A stretch of DNA of 64,000 nt from Balanoglossus misakiensis (taxonomy: Eukaryota; Animalia; Hemichordata): assembly GCA_040954595.2 (NCBI GenBank), contig CM082579.2:9537625-9601624 (forward strand), given 5' to 3'. This document shows, piece by piece, positions 61,900 to 64,000 of the stretch (the stretch's first letter is position 1; every line of letters starts with the position of its first letter). The notes under the pieces were generated by a model, which had not been told where the DNA came from, searched no databases, and worked only from the letters and a program-made list of their open reading frames with translations. The translations under genes and the position numbers were made by a program.

Positions 61900-64000
61900 T
61901 TGCGAAACTATTGTTTGATTTTGACTGTAAACAGCACGACTTTACAATATTTGCTTATTTCGTAGACCTATTCGTATTGTATAAAATGTCGTTACGTGAT
62001 CATGGTAAAGTTACCTTTGCCAATAGATGTTAAAACTTGCGATGAGAAGAAGCGATGACGTCATAATCATCAGCCGTTTCTTGTTGACCCTCGGGAACAT
62101 TGTCTCGATGGATGGTAGAATCTATATGGAAAACGTAATGTAGACGAAAAAGACGATAAACATGTTAAATAGGGCTGATTAGCCTCAATGACATAGGCTT
62201 TCAGATATATCAAAAGTGGCAAATCGAGGTCGTTCAACATTTTGACCATTCAGAAGGCAGCTATCAGCCTCACAGTCAAGGAACATGTGTTCTAGTTACA
62301 TGTCCTAGTTTGTTGTACTTGTGCCATGTAATTTGTTTTCTTTTTCTATATTTCTATGGGCTTGGAGCCTGATTTAAATAAATAAATAAATAAATATATA
62401 CACAGTTGAATCAACGAAAATACTTGCCCACGTGCACATGTAATCTTTGACTCCAAATCAATACCTTTACCATTGCGATTGTCTTTTCCCCGTTGTTTTT
62501 GAGTGAAGACCGCAGAAATTATAAGGTGGTATTCATTGAATATACAAATGTAAAGTCAATATAAATCCCAATTGCAAACATCTTTGAGATCAACATAAGC
62601 TATAACAGCCGCTTCTAATTGGAGGGGGGTTCATCTGAAGACATCACTTTGTCATAACACGCAAATAATATATGGGTCCATGTTATTGCTAGGCGGGAAT
62701 TCAATATTTAGCCCGCATTCCTCCGTCTCTTTATCAGAATTGTAACTTTACAGTTTCGATTTGTATTTTTTATCAGCTTAATAGGAGAGAAATTTTCTCT
62801 TAAAGGGGATATGAGGAACGGCATAGATTGAGGTCACTTAGTCTGGGCGGGCCGGACCGTAGGTCTGGTCACTGCGGTCTGGTCCCCGCCCGGCCACTTT
62901 AGGTAGTATTAGCCAAGTCGATCTTCACGTTGTCGTCCACGTAAACCGTTTTCCCCTTTCCCTAGTAGTCATGATAACTTTACGGCCGTAATTTACGAGT
63001 TATGCTTTTGGGAGTGTTCATTGTAAATTCTTTGTATCAAGTTCTGAACCCGAATTATCGCCTTTGATAGGGGTATAGGTAACGATCTGTATTCACTCCA
63101 CTTTTTGTGCAGTGTACGGTTCCACTTAGACTTGCTCCAAGTCTATGGGTTTCATAATTTCACCATAAATGCATTACAGAAAATTGTGTTCCCAGTCTCT
63201 CTATGTAGCGCGTGTGGATGGTGACCGATACTACCAGCTCATCCCCGAATTCAAAACTCAGTATACCAGAAGCTCGCTCAAACGGCAGACAAACACGCGA
63301 AAAGTGTTGAGAATCGCCAAGCGACTTTGGGTTCCTCTAGTAAGAAAAGTTGTCCGCATGTACTCACCCACCTGTTATAATTAATCCCTTGTCTCAGAGA
63401 TACACTGAATAGCTTCAAGTATCAGATGCACCTTCAAATTTCAAGTAGTACAAAATCTATGTCCAGATGGTGTTTCCTACTGATAGCTAGTCACGGTCGC
63501 GTGTCTGTCACCCAGAACGATTCGAATACAAAATCACCGTGGCGGCCGTAGTAGGGCCTATTCGTCTCGGTACGTTGGTGATCATGCGTACTCACCTAGC
63601 CGTTTTTTTGTTCTTTTTTTACACTTGCCCCAGAACCTGCCTAGAACCTTTTGAAAGCCATAGGGCTTGAATAGAATTAACAGTGGGTGGGGCTGATGTT
63701 TTCCGAAAACTGAAGAGTCCACGGAAAAATACTTGGCCTCCCCCACTTGATTGCCCGAAAATGCTACCACTCCACCTTCTCCATGATCAAACATAACAGG
63801 TTCCCCTGAAAATGCTCTTATACGTGACCCCACTTCATTTAAAACAGGGATGCTTTTATATAATTAGTCCCCGGTCCTTTTGTATGGCAGTCATCGAGGT
63901 CATTCAACATTTTGACCATTCAGAAGGCAGCTATCAGGCTCACAGCACACATTGTTAAGTGTCCTAGATTTTTATACACAATTTAATCAACGACAAACAT

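Larger units (their letters stand above)
58898..64000. repeat. Tandem duplicate of about 50411-58530 (lacking the LTR element)
   Basis: Begins abruptly at AGATACCCGGGCCC (equal to 50411) and stays collinear through the 3' UTR, the Gal3ST gene and its upstream region. Confidence 0.92.

Noticed and set aside
58898-64000. Duplicate as a pure haplotype-assembly artefact
   Set aside because: Not fully excluded, but the junction falls mid-exon with distinct filler sequence and the copies differ by many substitutions and indels, which favours a real duplication. Long reads would decide.

Overview
AT-rich, intron-containing animal genomic DNA, most likely a marine invertebrate (inferred from composition and gene structure only). 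From left to right: the 5' end of an XK-related (XKR) gene running off the left edge; a tandem pair of 3-exon genes for an unassigned secreted Cys-rich protein of about 192 aa; an intronless 805-aa multi-pass membrane ORF; a 12-coding-exon TAF7 gene on the minus strand, containing one GC-AG intron, one clear U12-type intron and several MITEs; a NIPA-family Mg2+ transporter; and a rearranged region from about 38 to 64 kb. That region holds three galactose-3-O-sulfotransferase paralogs (one split by a young gag-only LTR element with no target-site duplication). They flank a reconstructable gene of about 1960 aa with an unusual architecture: CtBP-type PLDxS motifs, a RING finger, a 39-aa Thr/Asp/Val repeat array and four tandem RFX-like winged-helix domains. 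All exon structures were derived by eye from splice signals and reading-frame continuity; no database searches were run.
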